Source: Chiloscyllium plagiosum (taxonomy: Eukaryota). Taken from it: a stretch of DNA of 64,000 nt. Made by a program: the position numbers and the translations under genes. This document shows positions 36,728-50,645 of this stretch, one piece after another (position 1 is the first letter of the stretch; every line of letters begins with the position of its first letter). The notes beneath the pieces were generated by a model that worked only from the letters and a program-made list of their open reading frames with translations, did no database searches and was not told where the DNA came from. Where the stretch lies: positions 31,944,268 to 32,008,267 of the forward strand of contig NC_057724.1 of assembly GCF_004010195.1 (NCBI RefSeq), read 5' to 3'.

Positions 36728-38734
36728 AGATCCTCCCAGAACTCAGCATAAATTAATGGGACCTGAGCAACAGGTGAGTTTCCAATTTACCCTCCTTCCC
36801 CTCCAACTAACATTAGCCCAGAGTTCAAATTGAGGGCTTGCAAGCGAATACCAGGTTTAAATTGTTCCTGACTAAATATGATTACTATCAAACAACATGG
36901 CAACACTTATTGTTGAACTTGCAAATAAAATACAATCACTTAGATGAGGTGATTGTGGGATGCAGGTGGCTGTATAACTGCATGAGTCAGCACTTTTAAA
37001 AGTTCAGAAAAACAAATACTGTGCTGTATGCTCCCACGAGAGAGTTACAAACTTCTATACTTGGTTGAAGTCTAAAAGCTGCTGAAAATGTTGGACCCTG
37101 CACTTTTGCCAAATTATCAGTTGATTAGTCATGCTCAGGATATTGACTTCACAGGCTATGCATTGATTAATTCTAATTAAGCAATCCATAATAGCCACCA
37201 CATTGCAACTTGAGATAAGCTATACTGGACCTGTGCAATTTGTGTTTACAGTCACTGAAGACTGGGCCCACTAATTGACAGGTTGTGTTCTGGTTGCTTG
37301 ATCACTCCCTCCTTTTAAGTATTTTGCTTCCTAACAAAAAGAAACAGAATTCCTGACTTATCACTACAAGCTCTTTGCATTGCTAAAACTGGAATAATCC
37401 ATTCTTTTGTGTTCTGTTTCACAGAAACTCTCAACTCGCATTCACTTTTCCCTAGTCTGCTTGTGAGGCTGGATTTAAAATTCCGTGAAGGCTGAGATTT
37501 TCCAGTTTGAAGTTGAAATATGGCATTGAGTTCTTTGGATGGTATCATATCGATCATGGGGACAGTTATTTCACATGGTGTATGTCTCCACTCATTATTT
37601 GTGCACATTGTTTGAATTTCTTGGGGAATCATGTGATGAGTAAGCTGGATGTTCTCACTACTGGTGAGACCTTCTGGGCTGAAAATTTTGACACCATATT
37701 TAAAGACAGCCAGACACCACTTCCAATGCAATGGTTTCCTCTGTACAGTCTCTGTACCCTGTCTTTAATAAAGTGCCCTTTTAGAAACTCCGTGTACTAT
37801 GTACATACAATAGTGCGACTTTTCCCACTGTACCCAGACCCACATACCAACCTGATCTCCATCTCCTCCCCACCCCACCCAGAACCTGACCACCTCACCC
37901 CCTCAGGACCAAACAACCCAACCCTTTCTGCCAGATTCCACCATCCTGCTCCATGTCTGACAGCCACCAGCCCCGGATCATCGCCAGATTCATTATTTCA
38001 CATTCATGCTGACCTACTCTAAACATTCCATCACTTATCTGGATCACTTGGCAGTTGTGCCCTTGGCATTTTACCTACCTGACATGCTGCCTACCTGGTC
38101 TTTACCCACCTAGCACCTAGCACCCAACTTCACACTTGCTTTGAGTGATTACCCTTTGACAGCAGCTGTGATGATGGGTCTTTACATAATCAGGTAACTG
38201 AGTGCTGAAAGTGAGACAGGCGGCTGGTTTCCCTGCTGCTTGACTGTTCCACAATGTCAGAGTCCTGTCAGAATGGAAGCACAACTTCAAATTTTTGAAG
38301 CCCTGAACAGCATCTGCCAGAAATGTGAACCTCTTTGCTTTTGTAAAAGAAGGACCAGGGAGGCACTCTGCATGAGACAGCCACTGCTGGATAAATCCAT
38401 CCCAGTGTGTTTTACTGTTCTAACTAAACTAACCCACAGAGTTAAGCAATCCTTCATGAATGATCGAATGATAATCATTATCATTAGTATGATAGTGGCT
38501 GCTCTGAGAATTCCAGTGAGGCCTCCTTACAAGTCCAAGCCCCTCAAATAATTGATGCCAATGGTCAGGGTCTCTCTCTTCCCGGCTAACTGCTCCAGGA
38601 GGCCACTCTGACAGATGTGTCTGGCTTGGGCGGAGATAAGGATCAGTGCCTGAACTGAGGTCCCACATCAAAAGCGTGGAAAATAACATGGAGAAATGTC
38701 AATCATCGACATCTGCAAGGGTGAGTGACACCAT

Positions 38735-38835
38735 CTCACGCTCTCGCTCTCTTGCGCTCTTGCTTTCTCTCTCTCTCGCTCGCTCTCTTGCACTCTCACT
38801 CTCTCTCTCCCCCCTCCCCTTCTTTCTCTCTCTTC
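38735..38835. repeat. CT-rich low-complexity tract / degenerate (CT)n microsatellite
   Basis: ctctcgctctcttgcgctcttgctttctctctctctcgctcgctctc... Confidence 0.9.
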
Positions 38836-39559
38836 CACTCACCGAGTCTGAATGTCTCACCACCTCAAATAGTTATGCACAATTGTTGGCTGCTCCTTAA
38901 ACCCATTCCTACCGTGCACAGTCCTTTTCTTTGCTTCATTGCAGAAAACATTTGTTCCAGTTACTGGGGGCTGGGGATCAAGATCCTCTTCCACTTAGAG
39001 GAAGAAGCCATTGAGTTGATTTGGAAAGATTGGGACAGTTCCTGTGGGGACAAGGGGACATCACTGGACCAGCAGTCCAATATTGCGCTTTGCTCTTCTC
39101 TGTGCTCAAAGGGATATTGTTCTGTATAAAATGTTCTGCTTTCTATAAAATGTTCTGAATTTATCATCTATATGGTATTATTTGTTTATCTTCTGCAGGC
39201 ATTGGCATCTCCCAGGAGATCATGGAGGAGGCCATAGTATGAACCCCTCTCTGTCAGCATTACCTTTGAAGAGGGAAACTGTGAACCCTTGGAGGATGCA
39301 TGAGCCTGGCACGTTTGCTCTCTTTTCCAGCCTTGAGACTGTCTCTTCAATTATATTCTTTGCTCGGGTAGACCAGGAGCACGACCTGGTGAGCAATTCA
39401 CTGATATGTGTCCAAGAGGGAGAAGCCCCAAGGATTGTTAGAGACATGGTACCTGTTCAGCCCCATGCAGAAGCTGTGCCTCAGAAATTTGGGAATGGGT
39501 ATTCCCAGCCCCTAAACAGCATGTGCAACAATGACTCAGGTGGGGAAATACGGCAAGAT

Positions 39560-39790
39560 TAGAAAAATGAGATTCTTGATACAGAGATTAAAAAGTCTAA
39601 TATTGCAAACAAGTTTTAAACAGTGAGATGAGAATCTCGCTCGTGAGCAGCGAAAGGCCCATTTGCATGCAATAACATGTCACCAGTACCTAATCGTGCA
39701 CAATTGATATGCAGTTTTCTATGCTCTCTCACCCCAGATAGAAATTAGATGGTGGAAAATTCTCCGGCTGGGTACCTGGCAGCTTTAGCT
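39560..39790. repeat. Unclassified interspersed repeat, second copy at ~46640-46870; possibly Harbinger-associated
   Basis: agatgagaatctc..gtgagcagygaraggccyatttrcatg..ccagtacctaat occurs at 39626-39694 and 46775-46843. Confidence 0.6.
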
Positions 39791-40644
39791 TGCTGCTTGC
39801 TCCTCCAGGCCTCCATCTTGGACTGCAGTTTGTAACATCACAGGTTTGTGCAACAATTCCTTTCACAATACTTCATGTTGAAACCCTCCTTTTTCCACTT
39901 GAGCAGAAAATCAAAAATATGGAAAATAAAAGGATATAGTCTTTTCATCTCTTAAGGGTGCAAGCATGTAAATGCTATTTCTGAACAAATGTTTCATCAC
40001 AAGATATATGACTTGCAAATGACAAACACATTACTTATATCTGTTCATCCTTCCTCCCCCAACAACTTTATATTATCTTTCAGGATTTCTTAATCCTTTA
40101 CCATCATTTTACTCTCAATCACATTATTGTTTCCAGAAATGTGAACAATCTTTACATTAAATGGTTGAAAAAACACACTCCATTTAAGTAGTCTTACATT
40201 TCAAGTTTTAATGTTTTTAGTTAATGCTAATGGTTATGGTCACGATGTATTAATGTTACAGTGTCAGACATAGTCTACAATGTTTTGAAAAGTCAATGAT
40301 AATTCCAAGGTATGTTGTACTGTGGTAATGTATTTCCTATGAGACTGATGTAATTTCTTAGAAAAGTGTTACACTGGCTTCTCTATTCATGACTTATTAT
40401 TTTGTAACAAGATTACACCAACCCCCATGTCATTATCATCAATCATCTGAAGCATTTTGAAAGGACTGTCAATTTAAAAAAAAATTTAAAGTTGCTCTCT
40501 TGCTGCAGCAGCTTGGCTACGTATGTGGCAGGTTCTGGAAAGTTATTGGGGCCCACAACCTTTGCAGTAGCATTTGATTGCAGCTATTTCTTAATAACAT
40601 GTGGAGTGAGTTCAATTGGCTGAAGGTGCACAACTGTGATCTGT

Positions 40645-40842
40645 TCAGATTAGATTCCCTATAGTGGCCCAACAAATCTTCACCGACCCTCTGAAGAGTA
40701 ACCCACCCAGACCCATTCCGCTATGGGGAGACATGGGGAGAATGTGCGAACTCCAAATCGACAGTCACCCAAGGTGGGAATCGAACCTGGGTTCCTAGTG
40801 CTGTGAGGCAGCAGTGCTAACCACTGAGCCACCATGCTGCCC
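40645..40842 (-). mobile_element. HE1-like V-SINE, internally deleted
   Basis: Reverse complement gggcagcatggtggctcagtggttagcactgctgcctcacag..ggttcgattcc; (aatct) tail. Confidence 0.85.
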
Positions 40843-40844
40843 TA

Positions 40845-41562
40845 AGAGGATTGTCGTTGGGAACCTCTGGAGGTGACCATATGGATACATCACTCGTGCT
40901 TCTGGCTGAAGATTATTGCAAGTGCTTCAGCCTTATCTTTTTATATTCTCCCATTGGATATTGACATCGCTCACTGACCAGCATTTATTGCCCATTCCTA
41001 GTTGCACTTAAATTGGCGGTGAGCTGCCTCCCTGAACCACTTCAATCCACATGCTGTGGGTAAACCAATCAATGCTGTCAGGGGCAGAATTCTTGGATTT
41101 TGACCCAGCGACAGTGAAGGAATGGTAATATATTTCCAAGTCAGGACAGTGAGTGACTTGGAGGAGAACTTGCAGGTGGTATTGTTCCTGTGTATCTGCT
41201 GCTCTTGTCCTTCTAGATGAAAGTAGTCATCAGTTTGGAAGATGCTGTGTAAGAATGCCAATCAAGCTTGATGGTGTCACTCCAACTTGAATTGTTGTTG
41301 GAGCTGCAGTTATCCAGTCAAGTGAGAAATATTCCATCAGACTCCAGATTTGTGCCTCGAAGATGGTGGATGGGCTTTGGGGAGTCGGGAGATGAATTAC
41401 TTGCTGCAGTATTCTTAGCACCTGATCTGCTCTTACAGCCACTGTGTTTATATGGCAAGTCCAGTTCAATTTTTGGTCAATGGTAACACAAAGGATGGGA
41501 ATTCAGTGACAGTAATGCCATTTATTGTTCAAGAGCAATAGTTAAATTGTCTCTTATTGAAG
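40845..41562 (-). mobile_element. Fragments of a second CR1/L2-type LINE family (continuing at 42975-43940 after a CR1 insertion)
   Basis: NWTCHINTVAVRADQVLRIL..STIFEAQIWSLMEY; 3' end caactaggaatgggcaataaatgctgg. Same family as 48690-49290 and 57355-58300. Confidence 0.75.
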
Positions 41563-42930
41563 ATAGAACATTGAATTGTACAGCACAGGATTGGGCCCTT
41601 TGGCCCATGATATTGTGCTGAACATAATGCCAAATTAAACTAATCCTTTCTGCCTGCCTTTTGTCCATATCCCTCCAATCTTTTCATACACATGAGCCTA
41701 TCTATAAGTGTCTTAAACATCCCTTTTGTATCTGTCAATGTGTTCCAGACTCCTAACACTGTGTTTAAAAAAAAGTGCCCTCACATCTCCTTTGAACTTC
41801 TCCCTCTCACCTTAAATACATATTTCCTATTTTTAGACATTCAACTCTTGGGGGGGGGGAAAGATTCTGACTGTCAACCCTATCTATGCATCTCATAACT
41901 TTATAGACTTCTATCAAGGAGCCTCTCACCCTCCGCTGCTCCAAAGAAAATAACACAAGTTCTTCTAGTCTCTCCTTATAGCTCATACCCTATAATCCAG
42001 GAAATATCCTGGTAAGCCTCTTCTGCACCCTCTTCATAGCCTCCACATCCTTTCTGTACTGTGGCAATCAGAATTGAATGCAGTACTCCAAGTATGGTCT
42101 AACCAAATTCTTTTAAAGCTGCAACATGACATCCTGACTCTTGAACTCAATTCCCCGACCAATAAAGGCAATTTGCCTTCTTCACCACCCTATCTGCTTG
42201 CGTGGTCACTTTCAGGGAGCTATAGACTTGAATTCCAAGATCCCTTTGTATATCAATGCTGTTCAGGATCCTGTCACTAACTGTATTCTTTCCCTTAACA
42301 TTTGGTCTCCCAAAGTGCAGCACCTCACACTAACATGGATTAAACTCCATCTGTCATTTCTCTGCCCATATATGATTATCTATATCTGTCTGTAACCTTT
42401 GAAAAATGTCTACACTATCCACAGCTCCACCAATCTTTGTATCATCTGCAAACTCACTAACACACACTCTACATTTTCATCCACGTCACTTATAAATATC
42501 ACAAACAGCACAGGTCCAAATATGGATCTATGTGGAACAATACTCGCCACAGACCTCTAGCCTGAAAGTTCCCTTTCCACCACTACCCTCGGTCTTCTAT
42601 GGCCAAGCCAATTCTAAATCCACATTGTCAAGTAACCATGGATCCCATGCATCTTAATCTTCTGGATGAGCCAACCATGAGGGATGTTGTTGAAATTCTT
42701 ACTAAAATCGATGTAAACAACATTCACTGATCTACTGTCATCAATCACCTTTCTCACCTCCTCGAGAACTCTAATCAAGTTAGTAAGGCATGATCTGCCC
42801 TGCACAAAGTCACGCTGATTGCCCCTAATTCAGCTAAGCATTTTCCAAACGCGTGTAAATCCTATACATATGAATTCTCTACAATAGCTTCCCAACCACT
42901 GATGTGAGACTTACCTGTCTCTATTTCCCT
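41563..42930 (-). mobile_element. CR1 LINE, RT to 3' tail, degenerate
   Basis: QGRSCLTNLIRVLEEV..VNVVYIDFSKNF; tatcatctgcaaac (FADDT); tail atagaacattgaattgtacagcacagg. Confidence 0.9.
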
Positions 42931-42974
42931 TCTTTCCCTGGGGACTTATCCACCTTATGGCTCTTCAAGAGACA

Positions 42975-43940
42975 CAATACCACTTCTTCTTTGATCTCAA
43001 AATGCCCGAGTATGTTAACATACTCCACACATTGGTCATTGCCTCGCATTTGTGTGGTGCAAATGTTACTTGCCACTTGTCAGCTCAAGCCTGGATGTTG
43101 TCCAGATCTGGTTGCATTTGAACATAGATTGCATCAGCATCTGAGTTGCGAATCATGCTGAACATTGTGCAATCATCGGTGAACGTCTCCACTTCTGACC
43201 TTCTGATGAAGCAGCTGAAGATGGTTAGGCCAAGAACACTACCCTGAGGAACTCCTGCTGAAATGACTGACCTCCAACAACCACAATTATCTTCCTATGT
43301 GTCAGGTATCACTCCAACCAGCAGAGATTTTGCCCTCTGATTCCCATTGACTCCAGTTTTGCCGGGCTTCTTGATGCTACAGTCGGTTGAATGCAGCCTG
43401 GAACCTAAGCGCCGCTGAGCAGGTGCTGCTGGATAGCACTGTTGATGACACCTTCCATCACTGATGATTAAGCGTAGACTGAAGGGGCAATGATTGACCG
43501 GTTTGGATTTGTCCTGCATTTTATGTACAGGACATACCTGGACAATTTTTCACATTGTTGGGTAGTTGCCAATGCTTTAACTGGACTGGAACAGTTTGGC
43601 AATGGGAGTGGCAAGTTCTGGAGCATAAGCCTTCAGTGCTATTGCCAGAATGTTGTCCGGGCCCATAGCCTTTGGAATAGTCAGTGTCTCCAACTATTTC
43701 TTGATGTCATGTGGAGTGAATTTAGTTGACTAAAGGCTGGCATCTGTGATGCTGGGGACCACTGGAGGAAGTAAAGGTGGATCATCCAATTAACACTTCT
43801 GGTTGAACATTTGTTATGAAATTTTCAGTCTTATCTTTGACACTGTGTTGCCCACTTCTGTCATTGAGGTTGGGGATATTTATGGAGCCACCTCCTCCGG
43901 TGAGATGTTTAATGTTCCACCATCGTTCAAGACTGGATAC
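42975..43940 (-). mobile_element. Second-family LINE RT remnant
   Basis: Antisense tgcaatcatcggtgaac (FTDDC), cctgaggaactcc (GVPQG) and ggcccatagccttt (KAMGP). Confidence 0.75.
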
Positions 43941-44034
43941 AGAGCTTACATCTGATTGGTTGAGTGGGGGATATGTCTGGCTATGAGGTTACAGATTGTG
44001 CTGCAGTACAGTCCATGTGGTAATAAGAGAAAGT

Positions 44035-45633
44035 GCTGACCCACCCTCAACACCTGGCACCTTCCCTTGCTGCCGAAAGAGGTGTAAAATGTGCACCCAT
44101 ACCTCTACCCACACAGGAGGTTAGTGAGTAAAATTAGGGTGCATGGTATTGGGGGCAAAGTACTAGATTGGATTGAAAATTGGTTGGCTAATAGGAAACA
44201 AAGGGTAGTGATAAACGGCTCCATTTCGGAATGGCAGGCAGTGACCAGTGGGGTACCGCAGGGATCCGTGCTGGGACCACAGCTTTTTACAATATATGTT
44301 AATGATATAGAAGATGGTATCAGCAATAACATTAGCAAATTTGCTGATGATACAAAGCTGGGTGGCAGGGTGAAAAGTGAGGGTGATGTTAGGAGATTAC
44401 AGGGTGACCTGGACAAGTTAGGTGAGTGGACAGATGCATGGCAGATGCAGTTTAATATGGATAAATGTAGTCTCCAAATTTGAGGAAATACATTCTGGCT
44501 ATTGAGGGAGTGCAGCGTAGGTTCACGAGGTCAATTCCTGGAATGGCAGGATTACCTTACACTGAAAGACTGAAGCGACTGGGCTTGTATACCCTTGAGT
44601 TTCGAAGATTGAGAGGGGATCTGATTGAGACGTGTAAGATTATGAAAGGATTGGACACTCTGGCAGTAGGAAACATTTTCCACTGATGGGTGAGTGCCGA
44701 ATCAGAGGACACAGCTTAAAAATACGGTGTAGACCATTTAGGACAGAGCTCAGGAGAATCTTCTTCACCCAGAGAGTGGTGGCTGTGTGGAATGCTCTGC
44801 CCGAGTGGGCAGTGGAGGCCCAGTCTCTGGATTCATTTAAGAAAGAGTTGGATAGAGCTCTCAAAGATAGTGGAATCAAGGGTTATGGAGATAAGGCAGG
44901 AACAGGATACTGATTAGGAATGGTCAGCCATGATTATATTGAATGGCGGTGCAGGCTCGAAGGGCTGAATGGCCTACTCCTGCATCTATTGTCTATTGTC
45001 TACCCTCACCTTCATCCAAGGCCTCAAAGGACCTTTTAAAAACAAGCATAGATTTTCCTGCACATCTACCCACCTCATCTACTTTCCCTGTTACTGTCTG
45101 AGGTCTCCTGTACATCAGGGAGACCGAATGCCAACTCTCACAATGTTTCAGGGAACATCTCTGGGACACACACAACAAACAACTCCACTGCCCTGTGGCC
45201 AACCACTTCAACTTCCCCTCCCAGTTCCCCAAGGACATGCAAGTCCTGGGCTGCCTCCACGGCCAAATTCAAGCCACCTGACAACATCTTCCACCTCGGG
45301 ACCTAACGACCACATGGCATCAACATTGAATTCACTAAATTCCAAATCTCCTCTCCCCCCACTTCTTCCCAGATCCAACCCTCCAACTCAGCCTCTTGAC
45401 CTGTCCACCTTCCTTCCCACCTATCCGTTCCATCCTCCCCACCAATCCATCACAATTACCTCTCTCCTGCATCTACCTATCGCCTTCCCAGCTACCTTCC
45501 CCTAGCCCCACCCCCACCCCCAATCAGCCCGCTTCCCTCTTCACATTCCTGATGAAGGGCTTATGCCTGAAATGTCAACTATCCCTGCTCCTTGGATGCT
45601 GCCTGACCTGCTGTGCTTTTCCAGCGCCACACT
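44035..45633 (+). mobile_element. Penelope (Neptune-like) 3' fragment with Cys motif, GIY-YIG remnant and pLTR (decayed hammerhead 45549-45576), split by a CR1
   Basis: PGTFPCCRKRCKMCTHTS (44050-44105) continues as TLTFIQGLKGPF..HLIY..LLYIRET after 45005, collinear with the 54 kb element. Motif ctgatgaagggcttatgcctgaaatgtc. Confidence 0.85.
44111..44998 (+). mobile_element. 5'-truncated, internally deleted CR1 LINE inserted in the Penelope fragment
   Basis: VTSGVPQGSVLGPQLFTIYVNDI..SKFADDTKLG; (TCTATTG)n tail; 7 bp duplication tctaccc (44104-44110 / 44999-45005). Confidence 0.95.
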
Positions 45634-45636
45634 CTT

Positions 45637-45855
45637 ATCAGTGCAGCTGTCTGGCTTATTTCCTTTGACGAGGATGCTAATCTGAGACCTTTACTATCTG
45701 ATTGGATGAACGTTACTGATCCTTTGGCATTGGTCAAAGAAGAACAGCAAGTTCTCTGGATCCAAGCCAACATTTCTCCCTCGAGCAGAACAAAACTGCT
45801 CATTCATCTTATTGTTTTCTGTGGTCTTCTTGCTGTGCACAAAATACAATTGTTT
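45637..45855 (+). mobile_element. Degenerate DeuSINE (SacSINE1-like) core; other remnants at ~11750-11815 (+) and 60760-61044/63898-63970 (-)
   Basis: gatcctttggcatt..aagaagaacag..gttctc..gccaacatttctccctc..cttgctgtgcacaaa matches the Deu-domain pattern as I recall it. Confidence 0.6.
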
Positions 45856-47376
45856 TAACTTTGAAAAATGAATGCAATCAACTGTTGGACTGCATACACA
45901 ACAGTTGAGTGGATTAATGAAAACAAAGACAGTACCACAATCTTATTGATTGTAGCAATGGTTACTGGTACACAAAGAAAACTGGAGAAGGAATAAAGAG
46001 ATCATTTTCATACATACTTTGAATCATACAGGGATAGGAGGGCATTGACCCCATATGGCCACACCAGCTTTTTGTCAGAGCACACCAAAACTAATCCCTC
46101 AGTCCTGTTCTTTCCCAAGGCCATATTCCTTTGCTTTAAATGCCTAACCAATTTTTCATGAAATTGCAATTACCACATCCTGTGACAAAGCATTCTGTGC
46201 TCTAACAAATCCCTGAGTGCTGAAATATCTCTGAATCTACCTTTTCACTCACACAGTGATGGTTTTCCATCAATTACCTCTCATCACTAGTCTTTCTCCA
46301 TCTACCTGAACAAACCCTCAGTAACTTTATTTTGTAAACTACTTGTTAATTGAGTGTGAGTGATATTGACAAAGCTGCAGTTTAATATTTAACATGTCAA
46401 GTAGCCCAAAGGAGGTAATGGGCCTTCGCCTTGAGCCATAATAGTGTTTGGCCTGATTGTGCTGGGAAAGGGTATGGGTAGTGTCATATAAGGTAATGAA
46501 AGGGTTAAGGTTGGACACTGCATGAAGCTCCACCCAATCTGATAATGTCATACTGTTTTGTGGGGAAAACAGGAATCTAGCTTGAGAACCTGATGGAGAC
46601 AGATGCGTCACTTCTGGCTCCATTTGACTAGATACATATGGTTGGAATTTTTCCAGCCCCTAAATGATGGGGCCATTGATGGGTCAGTTCATAAAAGGTG
46701 GAATAATCGGCAGAAATGAGATTCTCCACGTTAAGAAACTCTTGTCTAATTTTGCAACCAGGTTTTGAATGGCAAGATGAGAATCTCATTAGTGAGCAGT
46801 GAGAGGCCTATTTACATGTATTTGTGTGCCATCAGTACCTAATTTCATTTCATTGGCATGCATTTTTCTTTTGTCTCACTTGCCAGAGTAAAAATATGCA
46901 ACAACAATTCCCAACATGAGAGTCAGTACAGGTCCTAGTGATCCCAGCTCGCAGGTTGCTTATCTGGGCTTCTATCTTGGACATTATATCACCAACATCT
47001 CGGGGCATACTCTGTGGGCACTGACCACTCTCACCCCCATGCATGGAGGTTGCATTGGACATGAACCAGCCTCTCCAATACCTCGTGGCTCATCTTCAAC
47101 TTAAATACAGTTCTCCACTTTAACTCTGTCCTTGGAGCACATGGACAGCTTTCATTGTAATGCTGCTGCAAGGAAACTTTTGCACCCAGGGACAGGCCCT
47201 CCAGCTCCTGGATTGGAGCAGGGTGCATCTAATATTTAACATGATATCAATTAACAGAACATAAGAACAATGGCAATTGGAAAACTTATGACATCCACAC
47301 AGACATACCCGTGGGCTCACACTCTCATCTAGTCACTTCATTACAGTCAGAATGGGAGTATTTTATTTTAAAAAGT

Positions 47377-47696
47377 GGGTGGCACGGTGGCTCAGTGGTT
47401 AGCACTGCTGCCTCACAGCGCCAGAGACCAGGGTTCAATTCCTGCCTCAGGTGATTGCCTGTGTGGAGTTTGCACAAATACCCTGTGTCTGCGTGGGTTT
47501 CCTCCGGATGCTCTGGTTTCCTCCCACAGTCCAAAAATGTGCAGGTTAGGTGAATTGGCCATGCTAAATTGCCCGTAGTGTTAGGTGAAGGGGTATATAT
47601 AGGGGAATGGGTCTGGGTGGGTTGCGCTTTGGTGGGTCGGTGTGGACTTGTTGGGCCGAAGGGCCTGTTTCCACACTGTAAGTAATCCAATCTAAT
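47377..47696 (+). mobile_element. Full-length HE1-like V-SINE
   Basis: tRNA-like head (A-box tggctcagtgg, B-box ggttcaattcc), V-domain gtgtggagtttgcac..gcgtgggtttcctccgg..ggtttcctcccacagtccaaa, CR1-derived 3' end and (aatct) tail. Confidence 0.92.
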
Positions 47697-48689
47697 TTCT
47701 GGGCTTCTCACTTGTTGTCTTGGCACTCACTCACTTTCCATCTGTTTGGATGATCCCAGCATCCCTGCCTTGTGCATCGACCATTCATTCAGAACTTACA
47801 ATCTGACAGCAATTCTGCCTTGTTTTGCCTGTCTAAGCCAGGCAGTGTGTCATGGATGTCAGCAGAGATCAGTCAAGGGTGGGGACATGTTGCTGACTAC
47901 ATAATGCTAGGTTGGTATAACACCAGCAAAGTTCAATGGCAAGTGCCTTACATATGCTTCAACCAAATGGCTATGTCTCAAAGTCTAATGGGAGAAGTCC
48001 GCAGTCAGATCAAGGGAGACCGTTTTCAGTCAGGGGGGCCCTGACTCAGTAAGTGAAGGGCAATGTCCAATATTGGTGCAGGGGTGGACCTGGTCAGCCA
48101 TTTAGAGTACTCCGGATCTGTACCACTACAGTCTGGGGAGTGGGCTATATTCAATTCCACAGATTGTGCAACCTGCTCAGAGATTTTTGGGGAAAGAAAT
48201 AGTTAAACAAAAAAAATAGAAATGAACATAGTGATTATTCTAAAGCTCCATCTTGAGGCATACAAGACAAGTTGGACCAGTACATACCATTCTCAAGTGT
48301 TAGTGGGCTTTCCTTTTGGGCAGAGTTTGGTCATGGCCCCAGTCGCTTATCAACTGAAACTGTAAATCCAAGTGAGCCAGGGGGTGGGTCATGGTCAATC
48401 CTGGGGGTCAAAACAATGAATGTCGAGGGGATATATCAAGAGCTACTATTGTGATTGGGAAGTTGAGGAAATCAATTTTAGGGATTGGAAGTAGCATGCT
48501 AGGATGCAGAGGTAGCAATAATTGTAAAGGAGGGAGAAGAGCTGTTGTGGTGAAGTGGTAGTGTCTCTACCTCTGAACCAGGTTTTAAGCTCACCTGCTT
48601 CGGAGTTGTCATAACATCTCAGAACAGGTTAATTTGACAATTTCTATAGAGGTGAGATTGGGAATATCCAGGATACAGTAATCTCTCAG

Positions 48690-49290
48690 GGCAGTAACAC
48701 TGAACTGGACTTACCACATGAACACAAACAGATCAGAGGCTAGAAATACTGCAGCGAGTAACTCAGCTCCTGACACCTCAAACCTATCTACCATCTACAA
48801 CTTAAAAGTCAGGAATGTGATGGAATACTCCTCACTTGCCTGGATGAGTGCAGCCCCAAAAACACTTAAGCTTGACACTATCCAGGACAAAGCGGCCTGC
48901 ATGATTGGCACTGTATCCACAAGTATCTACTCCCTCCATCACTGACGTTCAGTAGCAGCAATGTGTACTATCTACAAGATGCACTGCAGAAATTCACCAA
49001 TGATCCTCAGACAGCACCTTCTACACCCATGACCATTTCCATCTAGCAAGACAAGGGCACCTGATACATGGGAACACCACCACCTTTAAGTTAACCTTCA
49101 AGCCACTCACCATATTTTACCATTCCTTCACTGTCGTTAGGTTATAATCCTGGAACTCCCTCCCTAATGGCATTGTGGGATTGCAACGGTTCAAGAAGGC
49201 AGCCCACCACCACCACCACCTTAAGGGCAACTAGGGACAAGCAGTAAATGCTGGCCAGCCAGAAATGCCCACATCTCACAAATGATCTTT
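48690..49290 (+). mobile_element. Second-family LINE 3' fragment
   Basis: LSTIYNLKVRNVMEYSSLAWMSAAPKTLKLDTIQDKAACMIG; 3' end gggcaactaggga..aaatgctggccagccag. Confidence 0.85.
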
Positions 49291-50370
49291 TTAAAAGTGT
49301 GTACACTCTGATCTTCCCTGACATAATGAAAAAGGGTATAGAATGGAGCCCACAAGAGCAGGAAAACTGATTTTAAGAGGTGAGTTAATTAGCAAGGATG
49401 TGAAATTTAAATTTTACAATAGAAGGTTAAGATGCAGCAAGAGAGTCAGTGGAAGACTTGTGGTGTGTCAAAAATTATAAAGGCCTGCGGCTGGTTCATT
49501 CTGTGAATGCATTTGCATGTAGGTGAAACTGTTTTCAATAAAGGTAAAGTCAATGATGGACAAGACTTTCATGGCACCTGGAGGTGAGCAGGAAAATGGA
49601 CTCTTGCAAAGAAGCTCAGAACTGGATCGGGTTAGTCAGTGGTGAGGGTGCTTGGAGAGCGGTCTAGGGGCATAGAGGAGTGAAATGGAGTCCTGACTGT
49701 AGCATGTGGGTGTGCTGGAGACAGTCAGCCAGTCAGGGTGAGAAAGTGAGAGGCTGAAGGATGATGCCAATACTACCTAAATATATGTGCCCATCACAAG
49801 GAGCTGGCCAATAGAGTCATTTAGAAGTTTAATATTTCAATTGACCCAAACTGTGATTGCTGTCATACTTTATAATCCATAGAAGAGAGAGCTAACTGAT
49901 CTTTTAAGTTTGGCAAAGCCTCCTTAGAGAGACAATTGCAACTCTGGACATGAAAATTAATATTCAGGAAATGGTGAATACGAAAACACCACATCTTCTG
50001 CACCTCAGGTAATCTTCCTAATTTGGCAGAGGCATTTCTAATCAATCTGTCCAGAGATGTTATTGCACACCTCTGCAGCAGGTGGGACTTGAACCCAGGC
50101 CTCCTGGATCAGAGGTAGGGATACTACCACTGTATCACATCAGCCCTCCACTAATTTGACTATGACCATTGGTGCGTGCTGACCATGGGGCATGCTCGTG
50201 CGTTTAGCTCTTTGAGTAAGCTAGGGGAAATGCCAGAGTGGGGGTGTAGGAGAGACGAACATAAGTGTCAACTTTTGCCAATGATTTGACCTGTGAGAAT
50301 TTTATTCCAATATCATTAGTCAAAATTTGCGAAGAAAACACATTCAAATGAAATTCTATCATTATAATTG

Positions 50371-50645
50371 GGGTGGCATAGTGGCTCAGTGGTTAGCATT
50401 GCTGGCTTGCAGCGCCAGGTTCATTTCCAGCCTTTGGTGGAGTTTGCACATTATCCTCATATTAGGTCTCTGCCAGCTGTTCCAGTTTCCTCCCACAGTC
50501 CAAAGAGATGCTGGTTAGGTAGATTGGCCAATGCTAAATTGCCCCATAATGTCCAAGGATTTGCAGATTGGGTAGATTAGCCACAAGAAATGCAGGGTTA
50601 CGAGGATAGGATTGGGTTGGTTGGGTTGCTCTTTTGAAGGGCCTC
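50371..50645 (+). mobile_element. Degenerate HE1-like V-SINE
   Basis: gggtggcatagtggctcagtggttagca..gtggagtttgcacatt..gtttcctcccacagtccaaa. Confidence 0.85.

Noticed and set aside
38646-39129. Ser/Leu-rich ORFs
   Set aside because: Produced by the CT microsatellite; no splice or homology support.
47377-47450. tRNA-like sequences (also at 30438, 40775, 50075)
   Set aside because: They continue into SINE bodies and lack a clean cloverleaf; these are SINE heads, not tRNA genes.
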